A stretch of DNA of 64,000 bases from a virus (lineage: Duplodnaviria; Caudoviricetes): IMG/VR virus record IMGVR_UViG_3300030085_002029, positions 588 to 64,587 of that record; one strand, 5' to 3'. Below are positions 31,698 through 41,171 of the stretch, one piece after another. The translations under genes were made by a program, and so were the position numbers. Positions within the stretch are counted from its first letter, which is position 1. Each line of letters begins with the position of its first letter. Below the pieces are notes generated by a model. The model had not been told where the DNA came from and did not search any database. It saw nothing but the letters and a program-made list of their open reading frames with translations.

Positions 31698-32235
31698 TAG
31701 TTAAAGCTATGTCATTTGATTTCATACAATAAAGTTTCTCTTCGTCAATTATAAATTCAAACTCAGAGTTTGGTGTAAAGACCACTAGCGCTCCAGGTGT
31801 TATTCCTACAGCTTCTAAGGCGCTATTAGAATATTTTAATATACCAAAGTGTTCTTTTTCTTTAGACGTGCTTAGATATGATTTATTTTTAATTGGCTTA
31901 ACAAAACAATAGTTTAAATTACATTTACCATTATACATGTATATTTGTTCTGGACTACAAAAATATAAGTCTTCTTTGAAATATAAAGCTGAGTTTCTTT
32001 CTCTTCCTTTTTGATCATACCACCTTCTAAACACGTTGTGATGTACATACACCACGTCACCTGGTTTAACGTCAGTATCAAAAGCAGCAGGTGTAGATAC
32101 AACCACTGCTTTTTTACTAACGAAAATATGATTTTCAATACTCGTATTTATTATTAATTCCTTGTTATCTACTTTTTTTACATTATCATACCTTTGATTA
32201 TAAGGCTTAATAATAAAGTTATATAAACTTTTCAT
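31639..32235 (-). CDS. GroES-like protein with two repeats
   Basis: FIIKP...AVVVSTP...VKPGDVVYVHH followed by FVKP...GILKY...ITPGALVVF. Confidence 0.55.
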   Translation of the reverse strand: MKSLYNFIIKPYNQRYDNVKKVDNKELIINTSIENHIFVSKKAVVVSTPAAFDTDVKPGDVVYVHHNVFRRWYDQKGRERNSALYFKEDLYFCSPEQIYMYNGKCNLNYCFVKPIKNKSYLSTSKEKEHFGILKYSNSALEAVGITPGALVVFTPNSEFEFIIDEEKLYCMKSNDIALTNEHEGNQKENNRSRTTSCS

Positions 32236-32459
32236 TAATACTTGAGATCAAACTCAACAGCAATAGCCATATTACTGTTAAACCTTTTCCATGGTAATAC
32301 TTCGTTGTCTTTTTTTATGTATATGGAATATTCGCCGCTATCTTCATTGTTTAATATATCACAAATCGTATGTCCACCATAAACTTCTTGACCAACTGAG
32401 TAATGCATTGCATCATTTTTATAATCAGAACCTATACTAATTTTTCTAATGTTAGACAT
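32235..32459 (-). CDS. Hypothetical protein
   Basis: 74 aa, translationally coupled to its neighbours. Confidence 0.6.
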   Translation of the reverse strand: MSNIRKISIGSDYKNDAMHYSVGQEVYGGHTICDILNNEDSGEYSIYIKKDNEVLPWKRFNSNMAIAVEFDLKY

Positions 32460-32694
32460 TCTCTAGTTCTTTTACAGGTTCGTAAGATCCATCGCTTAAG
32501 TCTATATTTACTTTACCATACTCTTTCTCTAACTCCGCCTTAACTTTATTTATGTCTTCATTTAAAGTAGCTATACTGTGTAAAGCGGCGTGTTTCTGAG
32601 CTTCTAACATTCCAATGTCGGATAGTATTCTACTTAATTCTGATTGTTGTTTTGTGATTGTTTCTAAATGTTCTTTTTTAATTTTCTTTTTCAT
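32452..32694 (-). CDS. Small coiled-coil hypothetical protein
   Basis: 80 aa heptad pattern, ends YGKVNIDLSDGSY. Confidence 0.6.
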   Translation of the reverse strand: MKKKIKKEHLETITKQQSELSRILSDIGMLEAQKHAALHSIATLNEDINKVKAELEKEYGKVNIDLSDGSYEPVKELENV

Positions 32695-32721
32695 TTTATT
32701 AAATTTAATTGTTTTTTATTG

Positions 32722-34701
32722 TTAATGATTGTGTATTACCCTAATCATTAATGCATTGTCTGTTCCGTCTGTTGATATAGCGCGTCCTATCTTTACAGTG
32801 CTGCTACCAGGATCTGTTACTAAAGCTGATCTAGTAAGATTGGAAGCACTTAGATTTACTGCTGCGTTTAGTGGAACTGATACAGGTGGTTGATCTCCAC
32901 TGTAAGTTGGGGTTGCTTTCATAATAGACGTCCAACCAGATTCATTAGAGAAAGAGTCAGAAATAAAATTAGCTCTAACTCTTGTGTAAGGAGTTCCTGC
33001 GGGACCAAAAACCGGATCATCAACCGAAGATACAAAGTTAATTACTAGATTGTCATCACCTTGAAACGCTTGAGCCCATTCTTTTAATCTAGGTAATGTA
33101 CAACCACCAGCATTTACATACGACCCATCTTCTGTATCGTCCCAGTCTCCGCCATTAAACATATCGTCATTACTACCTACTCCTGGTAAGTTATTTTCTA
33201 CTTTTAATCCCCATTTCCAGTTAAACTGAAAATACTCCTCTCCATCAAAAGAAACTTCAAAAAATAATCTGTCATAAATTCTAGCGTCAGTACCTTCAAA
33301 TTCCCAAGTTTCACTATCAGAAAAATCTAATGACATAAACCTTTCGTCGTTATCACCGTCTATTGTCCACTCTACAGTGCTTGTCGCGCTGTCGCTATAA
33401 TTAGCAGATCCATCAAAGTACGTTCCATTTTCTACAGTGCTAAGGTTAACAGAGGTAAAGCCGTCTTCCATTGGATGATCAACATCATCTCCAGGTTCAG
33501 TTGGTTCAAGAACAGTTAATCTTCTCGCGGTACAAAGACCTTCTGTTAAAACATTGACAGGATCCCCATCACTGGCGTTATTTAAAGCGATACCAATAAG
33601 TTCAATTTGATTAGGTAAAGCACCAGGGGATATAGCTCTTACTAGATTACTAGAATAACTATATACTACTGGTTGACCATTTAAAATAGTCCCAGCTGCG
33701 GTGTATTTTTCAGCATGACCATATGTAGGTTGGGTTGGGTCTGATAAATCAGCTTTGTTATCTACAACGTTAAAGCCAGTATAATCTACTTCTCCACCGC
33801 TGCCAGCTGTTATATTTATTGTTTCATTTTCTGATGCGTTAGCACCAAATGTACCAGCTTCTTCACCATTTACATTTATTGTTAATATACCATTATTAGC
33901 ACTAACTTTAGCCGTGTTGGCTGTAATCTCTTCTGCTTGCTCAGGTGTTATGCCTACTTTCGCTGTATTAGCTGTAATCTCTGCCGCTTGCTCCGGTGTT
34001 ATACCTGTTTTCGCTGTATTAGCTGTAATCTCTTTTGCTTGCTCTGCAGTAAATACTTCACCACTATATGAAATAACATTGTCATTTATTTCTATAGGTT
34101 CTTCTGCTGTGTATTCAATAGGTTCTGGAATATCTGGAAAAGCTGGTAGCGTTAATGTTCCTGCTTCAAAACTAGCTCCATCCATTTCACTAGAAAGATT
34201 AGTCATTATACTACCTTCAAAATTTTGTAATGCCCCTTCTCCTTCTCTACTAAAAAATAATAACGGCTTATCGTCTTCGTTTTTAAGGCTAATTTTAGCT
34301 AATTGAGCAGTGGTAGTATTTTCTTCAGCACCCATATAAATACTACTATCACTCAAAAATAAATGTCTTACTTTATATTCTGCATTACCTAAATCATAAG
34401 CAGCATTTGCGTTTGGTATAAAATGTCCACCTGAGCTTAATTCCCATCCGTAATCGTTCTCACCACCAACGATAAATTCAATTGTTCCGTCGTCTTTTGC
34501 TTCTATTTTACTTTGAGCTACTCCATCTTCAACAACTGATTGTATTTTAAATATACCGTTCATAAGCTCTTCTCCAGTACACTTTATATTGTAAGCTGCC
34601 TCTCCATCTTGCGCGGCAATATAACCAGCAAAGCCTGCAATGTCACCAAGTGTTTTAGTACCCATGGGCGTTAACCCACTTATTTTTTTATTTTCTGCCA
34701 T
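32722..34701 (-). CDS. Tail fibre/spike protein
   Basis: 659 aa; KKISGL start, IPNANAAYDLG fibre motif, 17-aa repeats, acidic beta-rich C-terminus. Confidence 0.65.
   Translation of the reverse strand: MAENKKISGLTPMGTKTLGDIAGFAGYIAAQDGEAAYNIKCTGEELMNGIFKIQSVVEDGVAQSKIEAKDDGTIEFIVGGENDYGWELSSGGHFIPNANAAYDLGNAEYKVRHLFLSDSSIYMGAEENTTTAQLAKISLKNEDDKPLLFFSREGEGALQNFEGSIMTNLSSEMDGASFEAGTLTLPAFPDIPEPIEYTAEEPIEINDNVISYSGEVFTAEQAKEITANTAKTGITPEQAAEITANTAKVGITPEQAEEITANTAKVSANNGILTINVNGEEAGTFGANASENETINITAGSGGEVDYTGFNVVDNKADLSDPTQPTYGHAEKYTAAGTILNGQPVVYSYSSNLVRAISPGALPNQIELIGIALNNASDGDPVNVLTEGLCTARRLTVLEPTEPGDDVDHPMEDGFTSVNLSTVENGTYFDGSANYSDSATSTVEWTIDGDNDERFMSLDFSDSETWEFEGTDARIYDRLFFEVSFDGEEYFQFNWKWGLKVENNLPGVGSNDDMFNGGDWDDTEDGSYVNAGGCTLPRLKEWAQAFQGDDNLVINFVSSVDDPVFGPAGTPYTRVRANFISDSFSNESGWTSIMKATPTYSGDQPPVSVPLNAAVNLSASNLTRSALVTDPGSSTVKIGRAISTDGTDNALMIRVIHNH
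33906..34046 (-). repeat. Three 51-bp (17-aa) tandem repeats, EQAxEITANTAKxGITP, in the fibre gene
   Basis: CTGTAATCTC recurs at 33921, 33972 and 34023. Confidence 0.85.
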
Positions 34702-34868
34702 TACGATTCGTTTTGTTGTTGTAATAATATTTTTCCATCATTTTCTAATAATAAAATATCTTCTAAAGAGCTTTCTAAAGCCATAAAGCTACTAGGTGCT
34801 GGTGGAGGAGTACTACCACTTGAGCTTAGTTTTGTTTGTGGGATTGTATACCCTATGCCTAACCACAT
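34701..34868 (-). CDS. Small structural-module protein, 55 aa (MWLGIGYTIP...)
   Basis: Fills the gap, coupled to the fibre start codon; not in the ORF track. Confidence 0.55.
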   Translation of the reverse strand: MWLGIGYTIPQTKLSSSGSTPPPAPSSFMALESSLEDILLLENDGKILLQQQNES

Positions 34869-34871
34869 AAT

Positions 34872-35528
34872 TTAAAATAAACCTAATATTTGATCAGCAT
34901 CTGTTTCCACTGTACCATCTACCGCAGCTGCTTCAACCTGCTTAATAGCTTTACTAGCAATATCGATAGCTTCCGTTTTTTGATCAAGTTGTTCTTCAAT
35001 TATTGCTAATTCTTCTAGCAACGCGTCTATTTGATCAGTTACATTTTGCACTTGAATATCAATACTAGCTGCAAGTATGTCATTGCCAGCTTCTATAGCG
35101 TTTTTTAAATCAATTAGTAGGTTTTCCTTTTGCTCTTCTAACTTTTCTATTTCAACTTCTATTTCTGCTTTTCGTGCATCAAGATCTGTGGTTTCTTGTT
35201 CTAAACTGTTTATTAAGTTTGTATAGTAATCTACTCTTTGTGAAAAAACCTCTGCATTTGATTCTAAAACTTTTACAACGAGTATAGGTAAAAACATGCC
35301 TGTACCTATATTTGTAAAAATATTTATATTAGTGTCAAACGTATTACCTGCTGCGTCTACAGCTTCGTGAGTACCTTCCATTTCTACAACTAGTGTTCCA
35401 CCAGTGCCAACGTATAAAGCACAACCTCTTTCTTCAGTTCCAGCTATAGGTGACCCAATATCTACTGGTACAGCGCTATGAGCAAATACTCTCGGTTGAG
35501 CCATGAAATTTCCTTCTATTCCTCTCAT
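34872..35528 (-). CDS. Small virion-type beta protein with a coiled-coil insertion
   Basis: ALYVGTGGTLVV...FLPILVVKV domain followed by a long acidic heptad region. Confidence 0.5.
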   Translation of the reverse strand: MRGIEGNFMAQPRVFAHSAVPVDIGSPIAGTEERGCALYVGTGGTLVVEMEGTHEAVDAAGNTFDTNINIFTNIGTGMFLPILVVKVLESNAEVFSQRVDYYTNLINSLEQETTDLDARKAEIEVEIEKLEEQKENLLIDLKNAIEAGNDILAASIDIQVQNVTDQIDALLEELAIIEEQLDQKTEAIDIASKAIKQVEAAAVDGTVETDADQILGLF

Positions 35529-35531
35529 TTT

Positions 35532-35984
35532 TTAATTTTTAATTTTTGTTATTTTTTCAGCGCCTCTTGAACCAAAGTAGGCTACATAAACTGTAATTAG
35601 TAGAGCTTCTAATAAAGAAACCCAACCTGTTTTTATTTCTAATAATACTGTTGAGTCTAGTATTATAAATATTGTCATAGCTAAAGTAAGAAATATAAGC
35701 GTCATAGGTCTCGTGTTTTTACTTAACCATGAGTCACTTTTCATATCACTCGCCCATCGGTTAGATATGTTATTCATTTCAGCTATATCTTGATCTAAAA
35801 GTTTTAAAGCCATTTCTTTATCTTCGGCCTTAATAGTTCTATCACTTGTTATAATATTTTTTACTACACCAAGGCCTCCTTGATCAGGTAAAAATTCCCC
35901 TAATTTAGAAACAAGTTTAGGAGCTTTCTCGATTAAAAAAGCTCCAACTTTAGTTTCTTTAAATTTTTTCTTTTCTTTTTCCAT
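35532..35984 (-). CDS. Holin (3TM-type-like)
   Basis: RWASDMKSDSWLSKNTRP, two TM helices, YFGSRGAEK. Confidence 0.7.
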   Translation of the reverse strand: MEKEKKKFKETKVGAFLIEKAPKLVSKLGEFLPDQGGLGVVKNIITSDRTIKAEDKEMALKLLDQDIAEMNNISNRWASDMKSDSWLSKNTRPMTLIFLTLAMTIFIILDSTVLLEIKTGWVSLLEALLITVYVAYFGSRGAEKITKIKN

Positions 35985-37474
35985 TATCCTCTATATCCAA
36001 ACAACCTAACTTTTAAAGGAACCATGTTTTTAGTTTTACTATTCTTTTTTAAGTTACCTGAATAGCTAGTATCTTTTTTAAACATCTTACCTATTTGTCT
36101 AAGTTTTGCTTGTCTTTTTTGTTGTCGTACAGGTTTCATACTTTCTCTAAAAGCTTTTCTACTAGCTTTATTATAACTTCTCTGCTGTTTGTTCATTGAC
36201 CTAATATCTTTCCTAGTTGGACTTCCAAACATTCCAGAAGCATAAAGTTGACCAGGCGCGCACTTACCTTCTTTAGTACATTTATTACTAAATTCAGTAG
36301 GTTCTAATTTTCCTGGTGGATTCTTTGAGGGTTTATTAGGAGGTGGTTTTATTTTTTCTTTCTTCTTACCTTTTCTTTTTCTCCATGATTCTTCAGTTAT
36401 ACCACCTGATCTTTCAGTTTGAACTACTAATTTTGGTGTTTGAACTACATTAGCAATAGGTTTAGCTTCAATCCTTTTCATTGGCATTATCACCTCTTTT
36501 TTAGGCTTGTAATATGTAGCATCGTAGTTAGCTACATTACCTTGAGATATGTGACCTTTGTCTGCTAATTCTTGACCTGAAGAACCGGGATAAGTTATAG
36601 ACATTTTTTCCATCCATTCACTAGGAGTACCAGTAAATTGCTTTTGTCCTTTTTTAGCTGTTGGTACTTTTTTTCCATCGTCATCATCTGGTACAGTATT
36701 TCCAGGAGTAGGAAGCTTTTCCTTTGGATCAGCTGGTTTTTTATTTGGTGGAGTTGGCTTTGTACTTGGAGGTGTTTCACCACCTGGTTTTTCAGTCTCT
36801 GAACCAGGTGTTGTAGTAATTTTAGCTTTACCACCAGTAACTATATTTAACATATTTTCTGCAGCTACATGACCATGGAAAGTATTTGGTTGTACTTTTT
36901 TAATAGACCCTCCTTTTTCTCCTGTCTTTGTATTAACATATTTGGTTTTAGTTATTACAGTTCCTTTTTCAGGACCAAATCTTTTAGTTTTTACTTTTTC
37001 TTTTACTTTAACATCTGGATCTTTTTTTTCTTCTCCTCCAGAAACTGTGTAGTTCATAGACGGTCCAATTAAACCTTTATCAGCCATTGCTGCAAATGGC
37101 TTACTGTTACCTCTATGTCCTTTCATTGAAAAACCTTCTTTCATGTCATGTTGTTTATTGTTTAGTATTTTGTCGCTTTCTGCATAAGCTTTTTTCTCCC
37201 ATGGTAAGTTTTTATCAAACTCATCTAAATTTTCTCTAGGATATGTTTTACCTTTATAGTAGAAATTATTTTCATCATAGTCTAAATGAGGATCTAACTG
37301 GTGTACAGTTTCATGAGCTACCACAGCATCTTCAACTTCTTTTGGTAAACCTTCTTGAACTATAATACCAGTATGATTTGATTTACCAACAGCGCCATCT
37401 TGTATATTTTTTCTATATACAGGTATATTCATATCTGACTCTGTGTAAGGTGCTCCGTTTAGTTTAAAACCCAT
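35984..37474 (-). CDS. Zincin metallopeptidase domain fused to a long basic Lys/Pro-rich tail
   Basis: VVAHETVHQ (HExxH) and downstream PWEKKAY Glu in the first ~105 aa. Confidence 0.6.
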   Translation of the reverse strand: MGFKLNGAPYTESDMNIPVYRKNIQDGAVGKSNHTGIIVQEGLPKEVEDAVVAHETVHQLDPHLDYDENNFYYKGKTYPRENLDEFDKNLPWEKKAYAESDKILNNKQHDMKEGFSMKGHRGNSKPFAAMADKGLIGPSMNYTVSGGEEKKDPDVKVKEKVKTKRFGPEKGTVITKTKYVNTKTGEKGGSIKKVQPNTFHGHVAAENMLNIVTGGKAKITTTPGSETEKPGGETPPSTKPTPPNKKPADPKEKLPTPGNTVPDDDDGKKVPTAKKGQKQFTGTPSEWMEKMSITYPGSSGQELADKGHISQGNVANYDATYYKPKKEVIMPMKRIEAKPIANVVQTPKLVVQTERSGGITEESWRKRKGKKKEKIKPPPNKPSKNPPGKLEPTEFSNKCTKEGKCAPGQLYASGMFGSPTRKDIRSMNKQQRSYNKASRKAFRESMKPVRQQKRQAKLRQIGKMFKKDTSYSGNLKKNSKTKNMVPLKVRLFGYRG

Positions 37475-37475
37475 A

Positions 37476-38285
37476 TTACTTATTTCTAGCTTTTATTCTT
37501 TCTGTTCTTTCTCCAGCTGATATAGCTCTTCTTTTAGTTCTTTCTGCTTGTCTTAATGCAATGTTTTTTTCACGAGAAGCTATTCTAGCTTTTTTAACAT
37601 CAGGATCTCCTTTTATCATATCTTTTAAATTACCACCTAAGTTTTTTAAATTAATAGAAGGACCATCTCCATAGACCATTTGTCTCCAATTACCACTTTT
37701 TCTACTAGTCATTCTGTCAGCTCTCTTTTGTGTTACAAATTTTGTTTTAGTTTTATAAGCTGACATAGGTAGCCAAGCGCTAGTTTGATCTTTATATTCT
37801 TTTTTAAGTCTTTGTTTTTGAACTGGCACTTTATTTTCTCTAGCTTGTTGGCGTAATTGTTTTTTAGAGTTTTTAGTTTCAGTAGTTGTGTAGTTCATAC
37901 CAGGACCAAAACCACCTTTAAAGTGAGGTCTAAATTGATCGTTAATTATTCTACCTCTAACAGTAACTTCTTCTCCACTGCCACCTTGATTCTGCATTCC
38001 CATTTGATTAGCCATCATGTTAGCTCTCATAGCTTGTATTTTTCCTAGAAAACCAGGAAAAAGACCACCGCCACCACCGCTGCCACCAGCTGGTGGTTGA
38101 GGATCATTACCGCCGCCAGTAAGAGCATTACCAACAGTACTAGCAACATTACCAACGGTATTGGCCACACCTGATATTGCATCTCCTACTTTGTCAAAAA
38201 AACCAGAAGGTCCATATGCTTTTTCAACCATATTAGCTCCTTTGCTTTTCCATCTATTATTATCGTTTATGTAGTTTTTAGCCAT
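37476..38285 (-). CDS. Basic Gly/Lys/Arg-rich protein with G[AP]xM motifs
   Basis: 269 aa; GANMV, GPGMNYT, GPSIN. Confidence 0.6.
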   Translation of the reverse strand: MAKNYINDNNRWKSKGANMVEKAYGPSGFFDKVGDAISGVANTVGNVASTVGNALTGGGNDPQPPAGGSGGGGGLFPGFLGKIQAMRANMMANQMGMQNQGGSGEEVTVRGRIINDQFRPHFKGGFGPGMNYTTTETKNSKKQLRQQARENKVPVQKQRLKKEYKDQTSAWLPMSAYKTKTKFVTQKRADRMTSRKSGNWRQMVYGDGPSINLKNLGGNLKDMIKGDPDVKKARIASREKNIALRQAERTKRRAISAGERTERIKARNK

Positions 38286-38302
38286 AATTTTATTTATTTG
38301 TC

Positions 38303-38740
38303 TTATCTTTCTGGTTTAAAATTCCTAGTCTCCAAACGTTTTTGGATTTTTTTTCTTTCTTGCTCTTCCTTTTTTTTAGATCTAGTTTTAGATGTAACTT
38401 TTGTATTCATTGCAGCTCCACCTTTACCTTCAGCTGATGCTTTAGATTTATCTACAACAGGGTTTTTGTCAAGTAAGTTTTTAGCGTGTTGCTTGTTACT
38501 CATTGATGCTCCTTCGCTAGGTTTTAGTTGAGGATACTTTGCATATACGCAAGCTTTAATTTTGTTAGATCTTCTACCAGCATTATGAGCTAATTTTAAA
38601 GCTGACTTAGCTCTCTTAAGTGTATTAACTGGATATGTTCCATTAGGTCCACAAAAATCCTCTTTTGCAACATTTGGATATTTACCAGCATTAGACATGC
38701 CTGGTTCTTCTCTTATTTCAGATATTTTCTTCTTTGCCAT
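38303..38740 (-). CDS. Basic Lys-rich protein
   Basis: 145 aa; FCGPNGTYPV, GASMS, GAAMN. Confidence 0.6.
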   Translation of the reverse strand: MAKKKISEIREEPGMSNAGKYPNVAKEDFCGPNGTYPVNTLKRAKSALKLAHNAGRRSNKIKACVYAKYPQLKPSEGASMSNKQHAKNLLDKNPVVDKSKASAEGKGGAAMNTKVTSKTRSKKKEEQERKKIQKRLETRNFKPER

Positions 38741-38744
38741 AACT

Positions 38745-38897
38745 TTATTTTTTATTCATGTTATATGGAAAATTTTTGTTAAACCACTGTTTTCTTTTAT
38801 CACAATTACAACCACCAGGTATAGTGTCTACTAATTTTTTTATACCTGTAGCTGTAGTAAATTTTTCTATACTATCTCCTAAACCTCTTGATTTCAT
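38745..38897 (-). CDS. Small protein, 50 aa (MKSRGLGDSIEKFT...GCNCDKRK)
   Basis: Fills the gap exactly; CxC motif; not in the ORF track. Confidence 0.6.
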   Translation of the reverse strand: MKSRGLGDSIEKFTTATGIKKLVDTIPGGCNCDKRKQWFNKNFPYNMNKK

Positions 38898-38898
38898 T

Positions 38899-39162
38899 TT
38901 ACCATTTTACTTTATTAGCCCAATATGCAGCTGACATTTTTCCTTTAGCTATATTCTTGCCATGTCTAGCTTTGAAACTAGCTCTTCTAGCTTTAGATTT
39001 TTTATCTTGCTTTTTACCAGCTGTAGATACGCCTTGTTGACCAAATCTTATTATTTTTTCTTTACCACCTTCACAAGCTTTTACTATATGAGACTTAGTT
39101 TTATGATTAGGAGTTCTTCTTGGTTTATTACAAGGTAAGTCTTTTTTAGTCAACTTACTCAT
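38899..39162 (-). CDS. Small basic conserved-type phage protein
   Basis: 87 aa; KIIRFGQQG, RRASFKARH, SAAYWANKVKW. Confidence 0.65.
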   Translation of the reverse strand: MSKLTKKDLPCNKPRRTPNHKTKSHIVKACEGGKEKIIRFGQQGVSTAGKKQDKKSKARRASFKARHGKNIAKGKMSAAYWANKVKW

Positions 39163-39313
39163 TACTTTTATTTTTAGGTAGTGATTTTATTTTACCGTTT
39201 TCAGTACGAGCGTATCTATGTGTTTCTGTTTCCATGCTGGGAATTAACGTGCCGCAGTACTTTCCTTTACCATACTTCCAGCATATTTTTTTTCCTTTTT
39301 TCTTACGAGCCAT
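39155..39313 (-). CDS. Small basic protein, 52 aa (MARKKGKKICW...)
   Basis: Coupled to both neighbours; not in the ORF track. Confidence 0.5.
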   Translation of the reverse strand: MARKKKGKKICWKYGKGKYCGTLIPSMETETHRYARTENGKIKSLPKNKSNE

Positions 39314-39588
39314 TACTTATCTTTTTTATTACTTAATTTGCCGTCAACTTCTCTACACCAAAAAAGTATTTCATCTACTTTTTCTTCTAAGTCTTCAATA
39401 TGTTTTGTTTGCCACTCTTGTTTTAAATCATATTCAATACGATCTATTACAGCTGGTGGCATTTTTTTAGCTTCTTCTATGTCAGCTTGTAAAGTATAAT
39501 ACATTCCTACAAACATAGAGGTTATAACTATTAAGCTTATGACAGTTTTAAGATCTATCTTAAATTCAGTTCCCTCAGAGATTTTCAT
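39313..39588 (-). CDS. Single-TM coiled-coil protein, possibly a lysis accessory
   Basis: Likely start MKISEG; TM segment VISLIVITSMFVGMYY; follows the amidase. Confidence 0.5.
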   Translation of the reverse strand: MKISEGTEFKIDLKTVISLIVITSMFVGMYYTLQADIEEAKKMPPAVIDRIEYDLKQEWQTKHIEDLEEKVDEILFWCREVDGKLSNKKDK

Positions 39589-39988
39589 ATTCATGTGTAG
39601 CATCAAATGATGGACACGCTTTGTTAGCAAAGTCCTTGTGTGAATGTATTACAGCATTTGGGTACATAGCTTTTAAAGTTCTAAGTACACATAACAATGC
39701 TTCTTTTTGACAGTCTAGTCTAGTATCTTTGGGAGTCTTACCATCTGCTTCAACGCCTCCACAATAACATATCCCTATCGAATTTCGATTGTGCCCTTTA
39801 CAATGAGCTCCCATTTTAGCTATATCTCTACCTTTGTGTATATTACCATATAGGTCGATATAGAAGTGATAGCCAATATCGCTCCAGCCACGTCCTTCAA
39901 CGTGCCATCTACGTATTTCAGCTACATCAAAGTTTTCTCCTTCTCTAGTTGCAGAGCAATGAACTATAATCTTATTTATTTCTCTCAT
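39575..39988 (-). CDS. N-acetylmuramoyl-L-alanine amidase (T7 lysozyme-like endolysin)
   Basis: IIVHCSAT, GWSDIGYHF, GAHCKGHN, SIGICY, KACPSF. Confidence 0.93.
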   Translation of the reverse strand: MREINKIIVHCSATREGENFDVAEIRRWHVEGRGWSDIGYHFYIDLYGNIHKGRDIAKMGAHCKGHNRNSIGICYCGGVEADGKTPKDTRLDCQKEALLCVLRTLKAMYPNAVIHSHKDFANKACPSFDATHEYENL

Positions 39989-40500
39989 GTTTTTTCATAA
40001 TTAAAAAGTTCTGGGCTTTGCTTAAACAACGCTTTCATAGCTTTACTATCTTTCTTACTTTGTTTATCGTGATATTTAACTTTTTCTTTATTTCTGCGTA
40101 AACCGAAATTCTTTATTTGTCTATCACTTTCAAATAATAAATTACCATCACTATCTATTACATCAGCATGCTCCGTAAATATATCTTTATTACCTAAAAT
40201 TTTTTGAGCTAAAGGAATTTTTCTAGGAGTACTTGACTCTTTTGAACTAATAGTGCTAATTTCTCCAGTATTAACATTTGTTTGTTTGCTGTTAAAATTA
40301 GAGCTTTGACTAAAAGTAGATTTATTTTTATTACCAAAAAGCTTTTGTGCTAAACGGTTTTTTCTAGGAGTACTTTTGTCACTTTGATTTGTTTTAATAG
40401 TTGAGTTTGCCTCTATTTTATATTTAGACGGATCTACTCCTCTTGATTTTTTAAGTTTAGCTTCAGCACTTTTTAGGTCTAGTTTAGATTTTGTATTCAT
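39985..40500 (-). CDS. Basic Lys/Ser-rich protein with an internal repeat
   Basis: 171 aa; STPRKNRLAQKLFGNK and STPRKIPLAQKILGNK. Confidence 0.55.
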   Translation of the reverse strand: MNTKSKLDLKSAEAKLKKSRGVDPSKYKIEANSTIKTNQSDKSTPRKNRLAQKLFGNKNKSTFSQSSNFNSKQTNVNTGEISTISSKESSTPRKIPLAQKILGNKDIFTEHADVIDSDGNLLFESDRQIKNFGLRRNKEKVKYHDKQSKKDSKAMKALFKQSPELFNYEKT

Positions 40501-40856
40501 TGTTTGTAGCCTTTTAAGTTTGCACCTTTTTTAACATAGTCGGGAGCATGGTTGTAGTTTACCGTAATTTCTTCTCCTGCTTTAATATCCTTTAATGCAT
40601 AAACATTTAACATATTGTTTTCACTTACGTTCATAGCGTTGGGATCTTTTTGGTGGTTTAAAGATTTACCAAGTATAGTTCTTGTATCTATCATAGGCAT
40701 GTTAACTACTTTAGACTCGTCTTCAAAAGCAGTGTCTATAAATTCTCCTTTTTTAAAATCCCTATCTGCTATTACACCTAAACCATCTACCATACCTTCA
40801 TTAATTATGCTGTATGGCTTGTTGTTAAACTTAGGTCGTTTAAGTTTGAAACTCAT
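40497..40856 (-). CDS. SET-domain protein-lysine methyltransferase
   Basis: GLGVIADRDFKKGEFI, LNHQKDPN, ALKDIKAGEEITVNY match the three SET signature motifs. Confidence 0.85.
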   Translation of the reverse strand: MSFKLKRPKFNNKPYSIINEGMVDGLGVIADRDFKKGEFIDTAFEDESKVVNMPMIDTRTILGKSLNHQKDPNAMNVSENNMLNVYALKDIKAGEEITVNYNHAPDYVKKGANLKGYKQ

Positions 40857-41011
40857 TACGCTTTAAAAGCTAATAAAAATTCTCTTAAACCCATTCCAAA
40901 AGCAACCCCAGCATATAGCATATGTGAGTGCATTAGTAATAATAATCCTATACCTATACAAGCAACAGCTTTAGACAAAGGGTGATTTATAATTTCCTTA
41001 ACAGTTTCCAT
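40856..41011 (-). CDS. Small membrane protein, 51 aa
   Basis: METVKEIINHPLSKAVACIGIGLLLL...; hydrophobic; coupled to the SET start. Confidence 0.5.
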   Translation of the reverse strand: METVKEIINHPLSKAVACIGIGLLLLMHSHMLYAGVAFGMGLREFLLAFKA

Positions 41012-41012
41012 A

Positions 41013-41171
41013 TTATTTATTTTTTTTCATCATCCACCACTTGTGTGCAGTGTAGCCGATGGTTACAAGTAATAATGTAATTTTTAATACAGGCTCTAAC
41101 CAGTCAAAACTAGCTATAGTAAACGAAGTTATGTTTAAGCAATATAACTTCAAATCGTCTAAACCGATCAT
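41013..41171 (-). CDS. Small membrane protein, 52 aa, holin-like
   Basis: MIGLDDLKLYCLNITSF...LKITLLLVTIGYTAHKWW. Confidence 0.55.
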   Translation of the reverse strand: MIGLDDLKLYCLNITSFTIASFDWLEPVLKITLLLVTIGYTAHKWWMMKKNK

